Assembly (NCBI GenBank): GCA_963762565.1
Contig: CAVXLD010000003.1
Span: 512,001 to 576,000 of the forward strand
Source of the DNA: an uncultured Verrucomicrobiae bacterium
Lineage (GTDB): Bacteria; Verrucomicrobiota; Verrucomicrobiia; Chthoniobacterales; JAFAMB01
DNA: 64,000 nucleotides
Reading direction: 5' to 3'
Shown here one piece after another: positions 38,464 through 49,010 of this stretch. Numbering within the stretch: position 1 is the first letter of the stretch; each line of letters starts with the position of its first letter. The translations under genes and the position numbers were made by a program. Below the pieces are notes generated by a model. The model worked only from the letters and a program-made list of their open reading frames with translations, did not search any database and was not told the DNA's origin.

Positions 38464-39195
38464 ATGAAACTTAGGATCCAGAATCTGAGAAAGAGTTTCG
38501 GCCAGCAAGTCGTGTTAGATAACATCTCGTTATCACTAGAAAAGGTCCATACCCTCGCGTTGATTGGTCCCTCGGGTGGCGGCAAATCGACGTTACTTCG
38601 CGTAATCGCAGGCCTGGAACGACCCGACCAAGGCGAGGTTTGGTTGAATGACAACGAGATCGTCTTTGAGGAAAAATTGCTGCGAGAGCATCGCCGCACC
38701 GTGGGAACGGTGTTTCAGAGCTTCAACTTGTTCCCGCATCTGACTGCGTTTGCGAATGTCACGTTGCCTTTGGAGAAGGTGCATCATCATGCGCCTCAGG
38801 AGGCTCGGATGATGGCGGAGGAGATCCTGGAGCGCTTTCAATTGATGGAGCACGCGCATAAGCAACCGGCTCAGCTTTCCGGTGGCCAACGGCAACGGAT
38901 CGCTATTGCGCGGGCGGTGGCGATACGGCCCAAGCTACTTTTGTTTGATGAACCTACTTCCGCTTTGGATCCCGAGATGACGGGTGAGGTGTTAGACCTG
39001 ATCGAGGAGCTCCGAGAAGAAGGCCGCGATTTTTTGCTGGTGACGCATCAGATGGGGTTCGCGCATCGGGTGGCTGATCAGATTGCGATCCTGAGCCAGG
39101 GACGGATCGTTGAGTGTGGCCCGCCTGCGCAGGTGCTGGATCAGCCGAGAGAGGAAGTGACTCGGCAGTTTTTGTCGAGGATCCTGAAATACTAG
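38464..39195 (+). CDS. Amino acid ABC transporter ATP-binding protein (GlnQ-like)
   Basis: [36 protein letters not shown]. Confidence 0.95.
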   Translation: MKLRIQNLRKSFGQQVVLDNISLSLEKVHTLALIGPSGGGKSTLLRVIAGLERPDQGEVWLNDNEIVFEEKLLREHRRTVGTVFQSFNLFPHLTAFANVTLPLEKVHHHAPQEARMMAEEILERFQLMEHAHKQPAQLSGGQRQRIAIARAVAIRPKLLLFDEPTSALDPEMTGEVLDLIEELREEGRDFLLVTHQMGFAHRVADQIAILSQGRIVECGPPAQVLDQPREEVTRQFLSRILKY

Positions 39196-39234
39196 GAGTT
39201 CGAGGAGTTCAAGGAGTTCAAGGAGAGGGCGGCG

Positions 39235-39846
39235 TTACTGCTCCTTTGTGGTTTTTGTACCCGCGGTGCTGCCGCCGTCTTTTACGCGGTCGCAATCGAT
39301 GGTCCAATTCGTTTCCCAGGTCTTACCTCCATCGGGCGAGAATGCTTGTTCCCATCGGTACGAGTCGAGGCTGTTAATCAGATAGAGATAGCGGACCAAA
39401 ACGGCTTTACCGTCGTAGATTTCGTAGTCGTAGAACTCACCTCGGCGGTCACCGACAAAACGGCCGACGGTCGGCGGCAAGCCTAAGCTTCCTTTTCTGC
39501 TGTTCGCAAAAAAGATGCTCCAAAGGCGGGTGCTCGGGTCGTAGAGCCGCAATGTTAACCCTTGGATGCGGCCGGCGGGATCATTGAACTCGTCTTCATC
39601 CATATTTGCGCGGCCGTCCCAGATTTTCTGGGCAACAGAAGTTCCGCCGAACTCGACCCAATTGTTCGAGCCGGTCAGCGGGTTGCGTAACCGTCGATTA
39701 TGAAGTTTCCAGGTGCCGATATTAAAATCGAAATCATGTTGGTCATCGCGATCCTGATTGATTGAGGTTGGCTGGTCTGCCCAAGCGATTAGCTGAATGC
39801 CTAGCAAAAAGAAGCTTAACGCGAAGAAGAGCCGGTGGAGTCTCAT
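39235..39846 (-). CDS. Secreted DUF1579-like beta-barrel protein
   Basis: Signal peptide; HDFDFNIGTW, LTLRLYDP, WEQAFSPDGGKTWETNW. Confidence 0.7.
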   Translation of the reverse strand: MRLHRLFFALSFFLLGIQLIAWADQPTSINQDRDDQHDFDFNIGTWKLHNRRLRNPLTGSNNWVEFGGTSVAQKIWDGRANMDEDEFNDPAGRIQGLTLRLYDPSTRLWSIFFANSRKGSLGLPPTVGRFVGDRRGEFYDYEIYDGKAVLVRYLYLINSLDSYRWEQAFSPDGGKTWETNWTIDCDRVKDGGSTAGTKTTKEQ

Positions 39847-40245
39847 AGTTTGTTTTGATGACTGCGAAGAACGCCGGGTCGGCGATCTGAAATGTGGCTG
39901 GGAATTGGTAGCGAAAAATGTCCGCCCGGTAAATAGCCACTTCCTGCGGCTTCGATAAGGCCAATTATACTAGGAGTTCAAGGAGGGGCGTCTAGGGTCC
40001 TGGAGGGTTAGTGGGCGGAAAGAACCAGGTAGGTCCTGGCACGAATAGGACTCACAAGGCGCTTCGTTCTCGTTCTCGTCCTCGCCGTCGTCCTCGAATC
40101 CGGCCACGCGGAGTGATGGAGTGTGGGAGTGTTGGAGTACTGCGCCAAGTCCGAAAAGCACCCGCGTAGCGGGTTGGAGATGCTTATGAGACAGATAGGA
40201 CTTATAGGTCGCGTAAGTCCTATCTGTGATACGGCCCGAAGGGTT

Positions 40246-40989
40246 TTAGCTGCTGGCGTGTAGCGCTGAGCTTCCGCGCAAGAACTCTGCAACGAAAGGT
40301 GTAGCTGGGAAATCGTGTACTTCAGACGGGGTACCGATCTGCTCGATCTGAGCGTGGTTCATGACGACGACGCGATCAGCTAGATCGAGCGCTTCTTCCT
40401 GGTCGTGAGTGACGAAGATCGTTGTGATCTTCAACTCTTGTTGCAGGGTGCGAACCCAGGCGCGTAATTCTTTGCGCACCTTGGCGTCCAGGGCGCCAAA
40501 AGGTTCATCGAGGAGGAGAATGCGAGGCTTGATGGCAAGGGCTCGAGCCAAGGCGACTCGTTGGCGTTGACCGCCGGAGAGCTGGTGAGGGCTGCGATCT
40601 TCGAAACCGGACAACCGGACCAAGCGCAACAGTTCACTGACTCGGTCCTGTATTTCGCGCCGGCTCATTTGAAACTGGCGGCGGTTTACCTCGAGACCGA
40701 AGGCAACATTTTTGGCCACGCTCATGTGCCGAAACAAGGCATAATGCTGAAAGACGAAGCCAACGCGGCGTTTTTGGATCGGGAGCGAAGTGGCATCGAC
40801 GTCATCAAACAAGATGCGACCGGAATCCGGAAAATCGAGCCCGGCCACTAACCGGAGCAGCGTGGTTTTTCCGGAGCCGGAAGGGCCAAGCAAGGCTACT
40901 AGCTCGCCGTCATCGACGTTCAGAGAAACGCCATCCAACGCGCTAATAGCGCCAAATCGCCGGACTAGTTGTTTTGCTTCGATGCGCAT
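40246..40989 (-). CDS. cysA: Sulfate/thiosulfate ABC ATP-binding protein (short, no TOBE domain)
   Basis: [34 protein letters not shown]. Confidence 0.93.
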   Translation of the reverse strand: MRIEAKQLVRRFGAISALDGVSLNVDDGELVALLGPSGSGKTTLLRLVAGLDFPDSGRILFDDVDATSLPIQKRRVGFVFQHYALFRHMSVAKNVAFGLEVNRRQFQMSRREIQDRVSELLRLVRLSGFEDRSPHQLSGGQRQRVALARALAIKPRILLLDEPFGALDAKVRKELRAWVRTLQQELKITTIFVTHDQEEALDLADRVVVMNHAQIEQIGTPSEVHDFPATPFVAEFLRGSSALHASS

Positions 40990-41039
40990 TCTTGGAAGGA
41001 GTTAGTTCAAAGGAGTTTAGGAGTTCAGATTGGTTTGAA

Positions 41040-41894
41040 TCAGCCGGGGACGAGATCGGGTCTGCGCCAAGTGAGAAATCCTTTGATCATGAGGGTGAAA
41101 AGGGCGAGCAATGTGAGCAGCGACGCAACGGCGAAAGCGCCAACGTAATCGTAGTCGTTGTACAAGACCTCGACGTGAAGAGGGATGGTATTGGTGAGCC
41201 CCCGGATATGTCCGGACACCACGGAAACCGCCCCGAACTCGCCCATGGCGCGTGCGTTACACAAGATCACGCCATAGAGAATGCCCCAGCGCGCCTTGGG
41301 CAAAGTGATCCGCCAAAAGGTTTGCCACCCGTTGGCGCCTAAGGAGAGCGCGGCTTGTTCTTCGTCGCTACCTTGGGATGTTAGCAGCGGTATCAGCTCA
41401 CGAGCGACAAACGGAAAAGTGACAAAGATGGTAGCGAGCACGATCCCCGGAACAGCAAAAATGATTTTAATGTTCCAGGCGCTAAGCAGGGGTCCGAACC
41501 AGCCGCGAGCGCCGAATAGCAGAACAAACACCAGACCGGATGTGACCGGTGAAATTGAGAACGGCAGATCGATGAGAGAAATGAGAACCGTCTTACCGGG
41601 GAAGTTAAACTTAGCAACGGCCCAAGAGGCGGCGACGCCAAAAATCAGGTTGGCGGGGACTGCAATTGCAGCGACCAGCAGGGTAAGCTGAATGGCAGAC
41701 AACGATGCTGGCTTCGCGAAAGCCGCCAGGTAGCCGGTAATGCCCTTTTGGAAAGCTTCAAAGAACACGGCCAAGAGCGGGACTAGCAGGAATAAGATCG
41801 CGAAAGCGACCGCCGCGACCAGAAGGACTGCTTTCACTATCCAGGGATCGCGGACAGCAGGATGGCTAATGGGAATCGGACTGGTGTTTTCCAT
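41040..41894 (-). CDS. cysW: Sulfate ABC permease CysW
   Basis: DLPFSISP, PFVARELIP, NARAMGEFGAVSVVSGHIRG. Confidence 0.95.
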   Translation of the reverse strand: MENTSPIPISHPAVRDPWIVKAVLLVAAVAFAILFLLVPLLAVFFEAFQKGITGYLAAFAKPASLSAIQLTLLVAAIAVPANLIFGVAASWAVAKFNFPGKTVLISLIDLPFSISPVTSGLVFVLLFGARGWFGPLLSAWNIKIIFAVPGIVLATIFVTFPFVARELIPLLTSQGSDEEQAALSLGANGWQTFWRITLPKARWGILYGVILCNARAMGEFGAVSVVSGHIRGLTNTIPLHVEVLYNDYDYVGAFAVASLLTLLALFTLMIKGFLTWRRPDLVPG

Positions 41895-41897
41895 CGT

Positions 41898-42752
41898 TTA
41901 AGCAAACTCGCCCCGGAGTTTTCCCCAGCGCTGCAACCCATTGATGAGGAAAAGTAAGATTAGCGAAACAACGAGCATCATCACCGCGATGACCGTGGCT
42001 TCGGTATAATGGAACTGATCAAGCTCCATCATGATCAGCAGCGGTACGATCTCGGTTTTCATCGGCATATTACCGGAGATGAAAACGACCGACCCGTATT
42101 CCCCAAGCGCCCGGGCAAATGCCACGGTGAAGCCGGTGAGAGCGGCCGGGATCAGCTCAGGAATGACGATCCGAACAATAGTCTGGAGGCGTGATGCTCC
42201 TAAGCTAGCCGCTGCTTCTTCAAACTCGATATTGAGATCCGCCAATACGGGTTGAACCGTTCGGACCACAAAGGGGAAGCCAATAAAAACGAGCGCTAGA
42301 AAAATGCCCATCGGAGTAAAGGTCAATTTCCAACCGGTGAGCATCTGAACGGGGCCACCAATCCAGCCGTTCGCTGAATAAATGGCGGTCAGAGCGATAC
42401 CGGCAACCGCTGTGGGCAATGCGAACGGAAAGTCCACAATGGCATCTAAGAATCGACGGCCGGGAAACCGATAACGGACCAATACCCAGGCCAGGATTGT
42501 ACCCAAGAATATGTTGACCAATGCAGCGTAGAACGAGACCGAAAAGCTGAGTTGAAAAGCGGCCAGAACCCGCGGGTTCAAGATGGTGGCGATGAATCCG
42601 TCAAACCCGATCCCGGACGCCTTGATGAAAAGCGCCGCTAGCGGGATCAGGACAATCAGACTCAGGTAAACAAGCGTAAACCCCAGGCTCAAACCGAACC
42701 CGGGAAGGACTTGGCGCCGCCACCAGAGACTGAAGGGAACAGAATTGGTCAT
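41898..42752 (-). CDS. cysT: Sulfate ABC permease CysT
   Basis: [32 protein letters not shown]. Confidence 0.95.
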   Translation of the reverse strand: MTNSVPFSLWWRRQVLPGFGLSLGFTLVYLSLIVLIPLAALFIKASGIGFDGFIATILNPRVLAAFQLSFSVSFYAALVNIFLGTILAWVLVRYRFPGRRFLDAIVDFPFALPTAVAGIALTAIYSANGWIGGPVQMLTGWKLTFTPMGIFLALVFIGFPFVVRTVQPVLADLNIEFEEAAASLGASRLQTIVRIVIPELIPAALTGFTVAFARALGEYGSVVFISGNMPMKTEIVPLLIMMELDQFHYTEATVIAVMMLVVSLILLFLINGLQRWGKLRGEFA

Positions 42753-43756
42753 TTAGGTTGGTAGATCTGATCGAAGATGCCGCCGTCAGCGAAGAACTTG
42801 GGTTGCGCAGACTTCCATCCGCCAAAGAACTTATCGATCGTAAACATCTCGATATTTGGGAATTGTTTGCTGTACTTCGCGTAGATCTGGGGATCGATCG
42901 GCCGATAGAAATTCTTGGCAATGATCTCTTGGCCAACTGGAGTGTAGAGATATTGCAGGTAGGCCGTGGCAGCGTCGCGGGTTCCTTTTTTGTCCACCAC
43001 CTTATCCACTACCGCTACCGGAGGTTCAGCCAGGACACTGACCGACGGATTGACAATCACGAATTTGTCTGCCCCAAATTCTTTGAAGCTAAGATAGGCT
43101 TCGTTCTCCCAAGCAATGAGAACATCTCCCAGCTCCCGTTGCACAAAGGTAGTGGTTGATCCGCGCGCACCGGAATCTAGCACCGGAACATTCTTATAGA
43201 GGGCGGTAACAAACTCTTTGGCTTTGGCTTCGTCATTCTGATTGGCTTTCAGCGCGTAACCCCAGGCCGCGATGAAATTCCATCTGCCTCCGCTAGAGGT
43301 TTTCGGGTTTGGCGTGATGACCTGGATGCCCGGTTTAATCAGGTCCGGCCAATCCTTTATCCCTTTTGGGTTCCCCTTTCTGACCAGGAGCACGATGGTG
43401 GAAGTGTAGGGGCAGCTATTCTGCGGAAATTTCGCCTGCCAGTCAGAGGCGACGAGGTTTCCATTGTCGTGAAGGGCATCGATATCTGCGGCAAGACCCA
43501 AGGTCACGATATCGGCTTCAAGTCCGTCGATCACTGATCGAGCCTGTTTGCCCGAACCTCCGTGAGACTGGTCTATCACAACCTGTTTACCGGTCTTACT
43601 CAGGTAATCCTGGGCGAAGGCCTGGTTAAATTCTTCGTAGAGTTCGCGAGTTGGATCGTAGGAAACGTTGAGGAGATGGATGGCGTCTGCCGACACATGG
43701 GTTACAAGCGTGCCGACAAGAGAGAGAATGGCGAGACATCGGAGGAGCGATCGCAT
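42749..43756 (-). CDS. sbp: Sulfate-binding periplasmic protein
   Basis: [42 protein letters not shown]. Confidence 0.95.
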   Translation of the reverse strand: MRSLLRCLAILSLVGTLVTHVSADAIHLLNVSYDPTRELYEEFNQAFAQDYLSKTGKQVVIDQSHGGSGKQARSVIDGLEADIVTLGLAADIDALHDNGNLVASDWQAKFPQNSCPYTSTIVLLVRKGNPKGIKDWPDLIKPGIQVITPNPKTSSGGRWNFIAAWGYALKANQNDEAKAKEFVTALYKNVPVLDSGARGSTTTFVQRELGDVLIAWENEAYLSFKEFGADKFVIVNPSVSVLAEPPVAVVDKVVDKKGTRDAATAYLQYLYTPVGQEIIAKNFYRPIDPQIYAKYSKQFPNIEMFTIDKFFGGWKSAQPKFFADGGIFDQIYQPK

Positions 43757-43760
43757 AAAG

Positions 43761-43815
43761 AACCCGACCAAATGCATCGGGATTAGAGAAAAGCATACTC
43801 TTTTGATCGGGTAAA
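43761..43815. promoter_or_regulatory. Two candidate Rrf2 (CymR/IscR-like) binding sites upstream of sbp
   Basis: aacccgaccaaatgcatcgggatt (43761-43784) and aagcatactcttttgatcgggtaaa (43791-43815); an Rrf2 gene lies upstream. Confidence 0.5.
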
Positions 43816-44611
43816 GCCGAAATGGTCGGGCCTTTTAGGTTTTAGCGGTCGATGCTGCCGCGCGGTGTGTGATCACACAGCACCTGGAGGGGAGCCGCTT
43901 TGTCATGTATCAGGCGACCCTCGCGATTTCGTCTCAGCGCTCCATTCGGAGAAAGGATATTGCAGCGGGCGGCTCCCGAGAATAGCCCAGGGCGAATGTG
44001 TGAACCCCGGGGTTTGGGACCGTTTACGCGCGGCTACAGAGCAGCGAATCGCTGGGTCGTTCGTGGGAGCCGCCTGTTCTCACATGTCTTACCTGGACGA
44101 ATGATGAGGCGAAGTGTGCGAGGGTGACAAGATGTGCGCCAAAGCGGCTCCCCTCCAGGCTCCGGGCGTGTGACTCAACACACGGCTTTGCCGACGCACC
44201 GGAAGGGACTCAAAAAACAAAAGGATCGAATCGTATTTTTTGCCGGGCTAGGCTTCATTGAGCGCGGATGAACAAACACTGAGTACGCTCCTGGAGAAGC
44301 CGGAGACTGCGCCGGCAATTCAGGCGCAAGTCGTCGCGCTGCGAGGCCGTGCCCCAGCCTAAAGGTTTATTTTCATCTGCGATCACAAATAGGTCCGCGG
44401 CTTCACTAACAGCGGATCGCGAGCACGCGATCCCTCTCGGGTTTGGGTTCGCGCTGTATCGGAGGTGATGGTTTCTGATGTCGGTCCGGGCGAGGTAGCA
44501 AATCAGGGGGCGCGGCTCGGCGGCGTAGAGGCCGAACGCAATCATGGGCGTCAAATGGGCGCGGAGCGTTGCGACCGTTTCGAGGTTACATTGGAGCCTC
44601 GCCCTACCAGG

Positions 44612-45127
44612 CTACGATTCCAGCACCTCGAGCTCGGCGCCTTCTTCGGGGCGAAGCGCTTTGGCGGCAAATGGCAACGGGACTTTATCTCGCCGCATTT
44701 TGCGAAGCGTAACCTCGACGATTTGAGCCAGGGTAAACCGATCCAAAATGTTGGCGATGGCATTGCGAACGTCAGACATGAGCATCCGTAACCCACAATG
44801 CTCTTCGTCCGGACAAGTACAACGCTCGTAGGCCATTTGGCTCACGCAGGCGATCGGCGCGAGCGGTCCGTCGATTAATCGGACCACATGACCGATGACA
44901 ATCTCTTCCGGAGGTTTGGCGAGGAGGTAACCGCCATGTTTGCCACGGCGACTATCCAAATAGCCTGCTCCTTTGAGCTGCATCAGGATTTGCTCCAAAA
45001 ACTTGACGGGCAATTCTTCCTTAGAAGCGAGTTCATTCACTTGGAGAAGCGGCTTACCGAGTGCTTGTGCCAGCCCAAAATCAATCAGCGCCCGGAGGGC
45101 GTACTCGCCCCGCTTAGAAAGTTTCAC
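44612..45127 (-). CDS. Rrf2 family transcriptional regulator
   Basis: LSKRGEYALRAL, FLEQIL, SRRGKHGGY.LA, three Cys (CVS..C.C...C). Confidence 0.95.
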   Translation of the reverse strand: MKLSKRGEYALRALIDFGLAQALGKPLLQVNELASKEELPVKFLEQILMQLKGAGYLDSRRGKHGGYLLAKPPEEIVIGHVVRLIDGPLAPIACVSQMAYERCTCPDEEHCGLRMLMSDVRNAIANILDRFTLAQIVEVTLRKMRRDKVPLPFAAKALRPEEGAELEVLES

Positions 45128-45237
45128 GATTGGCTATATTACCTTGCCACAGAGGGAAAAACAACACCTGGCAGGCGAAAGTTGCAGTGGGAGCTCTTTA
45201 TTGTTGCAAGTAAGTTGCAACGGGAGAATGTTTCGCG

Positions 45238-46131
45238 ATGGGCCGTGCCTTCGCCTCTTTTTGCGTCTGTTTTCTCGTCTTTTCAACCCCTAAACTGCAG
45301 GCCGAAATCAAGGTCGCTTCTTTCTCCACTGTTCTCACGGAAATTGCACAGAAAGTGGGCGGGAAGGATGTGACGGTCGCCGGTCTGATCAAACCCGGGC
45401 AGGATCCACACGAGTACCAATTAACGCCCGGAGACCTGAACGCGGCGTCGACAGCCGATCTCGTTCTCTTGAGCGGAAAAGGGATGGAAGCGAGCTATTT
45501 GCAGAATCTGAGTGACGCTTTGCCGAAGCATGTGCAAGTGCTGACGGTTGGTGACAAACTTCCTAGTTTAACCAGGCCGACTGACGAAGAGAAAGAGGCC
45601 CAAAAAGAAACGACGCAAGATCCCCACTGGTGGAATAGCGTCTCGGAAACGGAAAAAGCGACGGTGATTGTGCGGGATGCGTTGATACATCTAGACGGGC
45701 AGCACACTGCCGATTATCTAGCCGGAGCGCAGGCTTATCTGACCGCGCTCAAGGAGCTCGATTCATGGGTCAGACGGAAGGTGGCGGAGCTTCCGCGCAA
45801 TCAGCGTAAATTGGTGACTTCGCACGACGCGTTCCAATACTTTGCGAAAGATTACGGGTTTCAGATCGACTCAATCGAGGGCATGACAACCGATCAGGAA
45901 CCGTCTGTCAGCCATGTGACCGGGTTGATCGCGGAGATCAAGAAGCAGGGGGTAAAAGCGATCTTTTTGGAGAACACGCTTAACCCGAAGGTGAGTGTGG
46001 AGATTACTCGCGAAAGCGGGGCGAAAATTGGCGGTAGCCTTTATGCCGATGGATTGGGGCTGGGGGACGGCGCGACGTACGCCAGCATGTTCCGGCATAA
46101 CGTCAACACGATCGTCGACGCTCTGAAATGA
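45238..46131 (+). CDS. Zn/Mn ABC transporter substrate-binding protein
   Basis: DPHEY, DPHWW, TSHDAFQYF, LYADGL. Confidence 0.93.
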   Translation: MGRAFASFCVCFLVFSTPKLQAEIKVASFSTVLTEIAQKVGGKDVTVAGLIKPGQDPHEYQLTPGDLNAASTADLVLLSGKGMEASYLQNLSDALPKHVQVLTVGDKLPSLTRPTDEEKEAQKETTQDPHWWNSVSETEKATVIVRDALIHLDGQHTADYLAGAQAYLTALKELDSWVRRKVAELPRNQRKLVTSHDAFQYFAKDYGFQIDSIEGMTTDQEPSVSHVTGLIAEIKKQGVKAIFLENTLNPKVSVEITRESGAKIGGSLYADGLGLGDGATYASMFRHNVNTIVDALK

Positions 46132-46547
46132 GGGGATCGCCACTGGCCCAGGCGGTTTTGGTAGTAGCTGTCCTTTTGCTATTGTTGATTCCGCTGCATC
46201 GTCTCACAAAAAGAGAACAAAGGCCTCCCGAGCGTCCGGTCGTTTCATCGCCTGAGAAACAGGTGCATCTGGCCATGAGGACCACCGCGGTGCCATGCCG
46301 ATTTAAAATTACATTTTTGGGGAAGACATTGTGGGCGGAAGAAGCCACGACTCCCGAGCTGGCAAAGGATTTCGATATTGATTTTCCCAAGGAAGGAATT
46401 GACCTGGTGGTGGATGCAGCCTGGCAGACTCAAGCTTTAGCGGCGATCGAGATCACGTTGTCGTTACCGGACGGGACTGCGATACATAAGACGCTATGGG
46501 GCCAAGGAACGGCGAGCGACGTCGTCACGTTCAGAGAAGATGAATAG
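46128..46547 (+). CDS. Hypothetical membrane-anchored protein in the metal ABC operon
   Basis: ATGA overlap with the binding-protein gene; N-terminal TM. Confidence 0.75.
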   Translation: MRGSPLAQAVLVVAVLLLLLIPLHRLTKREQRPPERPVVSSPEKQVHLAMRTTAVPCRFKITFLGKTLWAEEATTPELAKDFDIDFPKEGIDLVVDAAWQTQALAAIEITLSLPDGTAIHKTLWGQGTASDVVTFREDE

Positions 46548-46604
46548 CCGCGAAAACTTGTCGCGCCGTAGCTGGCGAAGGCGGAAGGCGCAAAAAGCAA
46601 AAAA

Positions 46605-47345
46605 GTGAAACCTGAGCACGTTTTGGCAATCAAAGATCTGACGGTCAGTTATCGCCGAGTTCCGGCGGTGCATCATGTCGATCTAAGGCTGCATTGCGGA
46701 CGGTGTGTCGGGTTGTTGGGGCCGAACGGAGCCGGTAAGACATCGTTTCTGAAAGCGCTGGCGGGTTTGGTACCCATGGAGACCGGCACCATCGAGTTTG
46801 GCGGCCACAATCACAAGCAAGGGCCAGGAAGTTACACAGCCTACCTGCCGCAAAGATCCGCGGTCGATTGGGATTTCCCTACCACGGTTAGAGGCCTGGT
46901 GGAAATGGGCCGCTACTCAGCTTTAGGCTGGTGGAGGCCGTTTCGAGGAATCGACCGGGAAAAAGTTGATAAGGCCCTTGAAGCAATGGAGCTGGTCGAT
47001 CTGGCCGAAAGACAAATCAGTGCGTTGTCCGGGGGCCAACAACAACGAGCTTTTCTTGCTCGCTCCTTGGCCCAAGATGCGCACGTTTTCTTGCTGGACG
47101 AGCCATTTACCGGGCTGGACCGGCCCTCGCAAGATCTGTTTGGCCAGATCTTGAAAAGGCTGGCTGGGCAAGGGAATCTCTTAATTGTCTCGCATCACGA
47201 TCTAAGGATGGTGCCCACGCTGTTTGACGAGGTTATCTTGTTGAACGGAGAGCTCGTGGCATACGGTCCGACCGAGCAAGCGTTCAGTGAAGACACCATC
47301 GGGCGAACGTTCGGAACGCACACTTTTTCCGGAGCAAGCACCTGA
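46605..47345 (+). CDS. Zn/Mn ABC transporter ATP-binding protein
   Basis: GPNGAGKT, YLPQ...DWDFP, LSGGQQQR, DEPFTG, SHHDL. Confidence 0.93.
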   Translation: MKPEHVLAIKDLTVSYRRVPAVHHVDLRLHCGRCVGLLGPNGAGKTSFLKALAGLVPMETGTIEFGGHNHKQGPGSYTAYLPQRSAVDWDFPTTVRGLVEMGRYSALGWWRPFRGIDREKVDKALEAMELVDLAERQISALSGGQQQRAFLARSLAQDAHVFLLDEPFTGLDRPSQDLFGQILKRLAGQGNLLIVSHHDLRMVPTLFDEVILLNGELVAYGPTEQAFSEDTIGRTFGTHTFSGAST

Positions 47346-48235
47346 TGTCGAACGGCTGGCTGCACCTCTTCTACGCGCAGGATATGTTGCGTCCGCTCTT
47401 TGCGGCGGTTCTGATCGGGTTCACTAACGGCGTTTTAAGTGTTTTCGTCGTTCTGCGCCGGCTTTCGTTGATGGCGGACGCGATATCTCATTCGCTATTA
47501 CCGGGTTTGGCGATCGCCATTCTTCTTTTTGGGCTGGCGCCGGCTACGCTGGTGGCAGGCGCTTTTCTGGCGGCGCTTTTGGTTGCGCTAGGCACCCAGA
47601 TTATCGCCAATAGCACCCGGATAAAAGAAGATACCGCTCTGGGCTTGTTGTTCGCTTGTGCGTTCTCGTTAGGGCAAGCATTGTTAAGGCTAGCTCCGGC
47701 ACAGATCGGGATTACAGAATACCTTTTCGGCAATATCCTGGGACTTAGCGATGGCGACCTGTACTTAACCTATGGGATCACGTTCTTTGTGCTTCCGCTG
47801 TTGGTGCTGCTCCAGCGGCCATTCCTTCTGATGTTGTTCGAGCCGTCAATCGCTTCGACCCAAGGAGTCCCGGTCAGAACCCTGAAATATCTCTTAATGG
47901 TTGTGCTGGTGCTGGCAATGATTTCTTCGTTGCGCGCGGTGGGAATCATCCTTGCCTTGGGAACATTGATCGGGCCGGCCGCAACCGTTTATCTCTTTGT
48001 GGATTCCTTTTCGGTCATGTTCTGGCTAAGCGGTTTGCTTGGCGCCTTCGCATCGCTACTAGGGCTATTGGTCTCTGATTGGACCGATCTACCAGCCGGA
48101 GCATGTATCGTGTTGGTGCTGGGAATCTTATTTCTGGCAAGCTACCTCTTAAGCCCCCGTTACGGGCTGCTCCGCCGTTTGCGTAAGGGGCATTTCCACG
48201 CGCAATCGCTGGCGAGATGGGGAGGTGAGAAGTGA
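47345..48235 (+). CDS. Zn/Mn ABC transporter permease
   Basis: LRRLSLMADAISHSLLPG, IKED, YLFGNILG. Confidence 0.93.
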   Translation: MSNGWLHLFYAQDMLRPLFAAVLIGFTNGVLSVFVVLRRLSLMADAISHSLLPGLAIAILLFGLAPATLVAGAFLAALLVALGTQIIANSTRIKEDTALGLLFACAFSLGQALLRLAPAQIGITEYLFGNILGLSDGDLYLTYGITFFVLPLLVLLQRPFLLMLFEPSIASTQGVPVRTLKYLLMVVLVLAMISSLRAVGIILALGTLIGPAATVYLFVDSFSVMFWLSGLLGAFASLLGLLVSDWTDLPAGACIVLVLGILFLASYLLSPRYGLLRRLRKGHFHAQSLARWGGEK

Positions 48236-48383
48236 GATGTGAGAGGTGAGAAGTGATTGGTGGCGGAGGGTGATGGCCCGCAAAACGGACATCATTCTCG
48301 TCTGTCACGGATCACACTGTTCCCACTGTGATTCGGCACGGCCGCTGACTACCTCTCACTTCTCACCTCTCACTTCTCACTTC

Positions 48384-49010
48384 TCACACGAGGGTTTCTC
48401 GCGCGGCACGAAACAGGAGGTTAACCGAAGTCGATCCCGGATCCTGGTGGCCGATGCTTCGTTCGCCGAGATAGCTGGCGCGGCCTTTTTTGGCAAGCAA
48501 CGGGACGGTGCTTTCCATTCCTTTTTCGGCGGCGTTAGACGCTGCTAACAGGGCATCCGCAAATGGTTTACCGGATTTCAGTGTGGCTTGATAGGCTTCA
48601 ACCGCCGGCTGGAGAGCGTCTACCATCGTCTTATCGCCGAGGGCAGCTTTACCGCGCTGGAGGATCCCGGCTAGCGCTTTCTCGAGGAGGAGGCCGAATT
48701 CTTCTGCGGAGATTTCAGACTTGCCTCCGGCCGCCATGGAGGCCTGTAGAAAAAAGGTGCCATAGAGCGGCCCGCTGGCTCCGCCGACTGTGGATAAAAG
48801 AGTCATCGCTACGGTCTTGAGGACTGTGGTGATATCTTTACCCTCGAGCTCGGACTTTTTTGCCAACACGGCTTGAAACCCACGATCCATATTGGCTCCG
48901 TGGTCGGCATCTCCGATCGCGGCGTCGAGTTGGGTAAGATAATCTTTGTTTTCGGCTAGAAGCCCCGTAAACCGTTCCAACCAACGAATTACCTGTTCGG
49001 AAGTGACCAT
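48384..49010 (-). CDS. dhaL: Dihydroxyacetone kinase ADP-binding subunit L
   Basis: LDAAIGDADHG.NM, GGASGPLYG, GDKTMVD, GRASYLGERS.GHQDPG. Confidence 0.95.
   Translation of the reverse strand: MVTSEQVIRWLERFTGLLAENKDYLTQLDAAIGDADHGANMDRGFQAVLAKKSELEGKDITTVLKTVAMTLLSTVGGASGPLYGTFFLQASMAAGGKSEISAEEFGLLLEKALAGILQRGKAALGDKTMVDALQPAVEAYQATLKSGKPFADALLAASNAAEKGMESTVPLLAKKGRASYLGERSIGHQDPGSTSVNLLFRAARETLV

Noticed and set aside
34988..40142. 5-kb composite element bounded by the inverted 34988 and 40058 repeats
   Set aside because: The cargo includes housekeeping ppaC, and dispersed repeats are dense enough for a chance facing pair.
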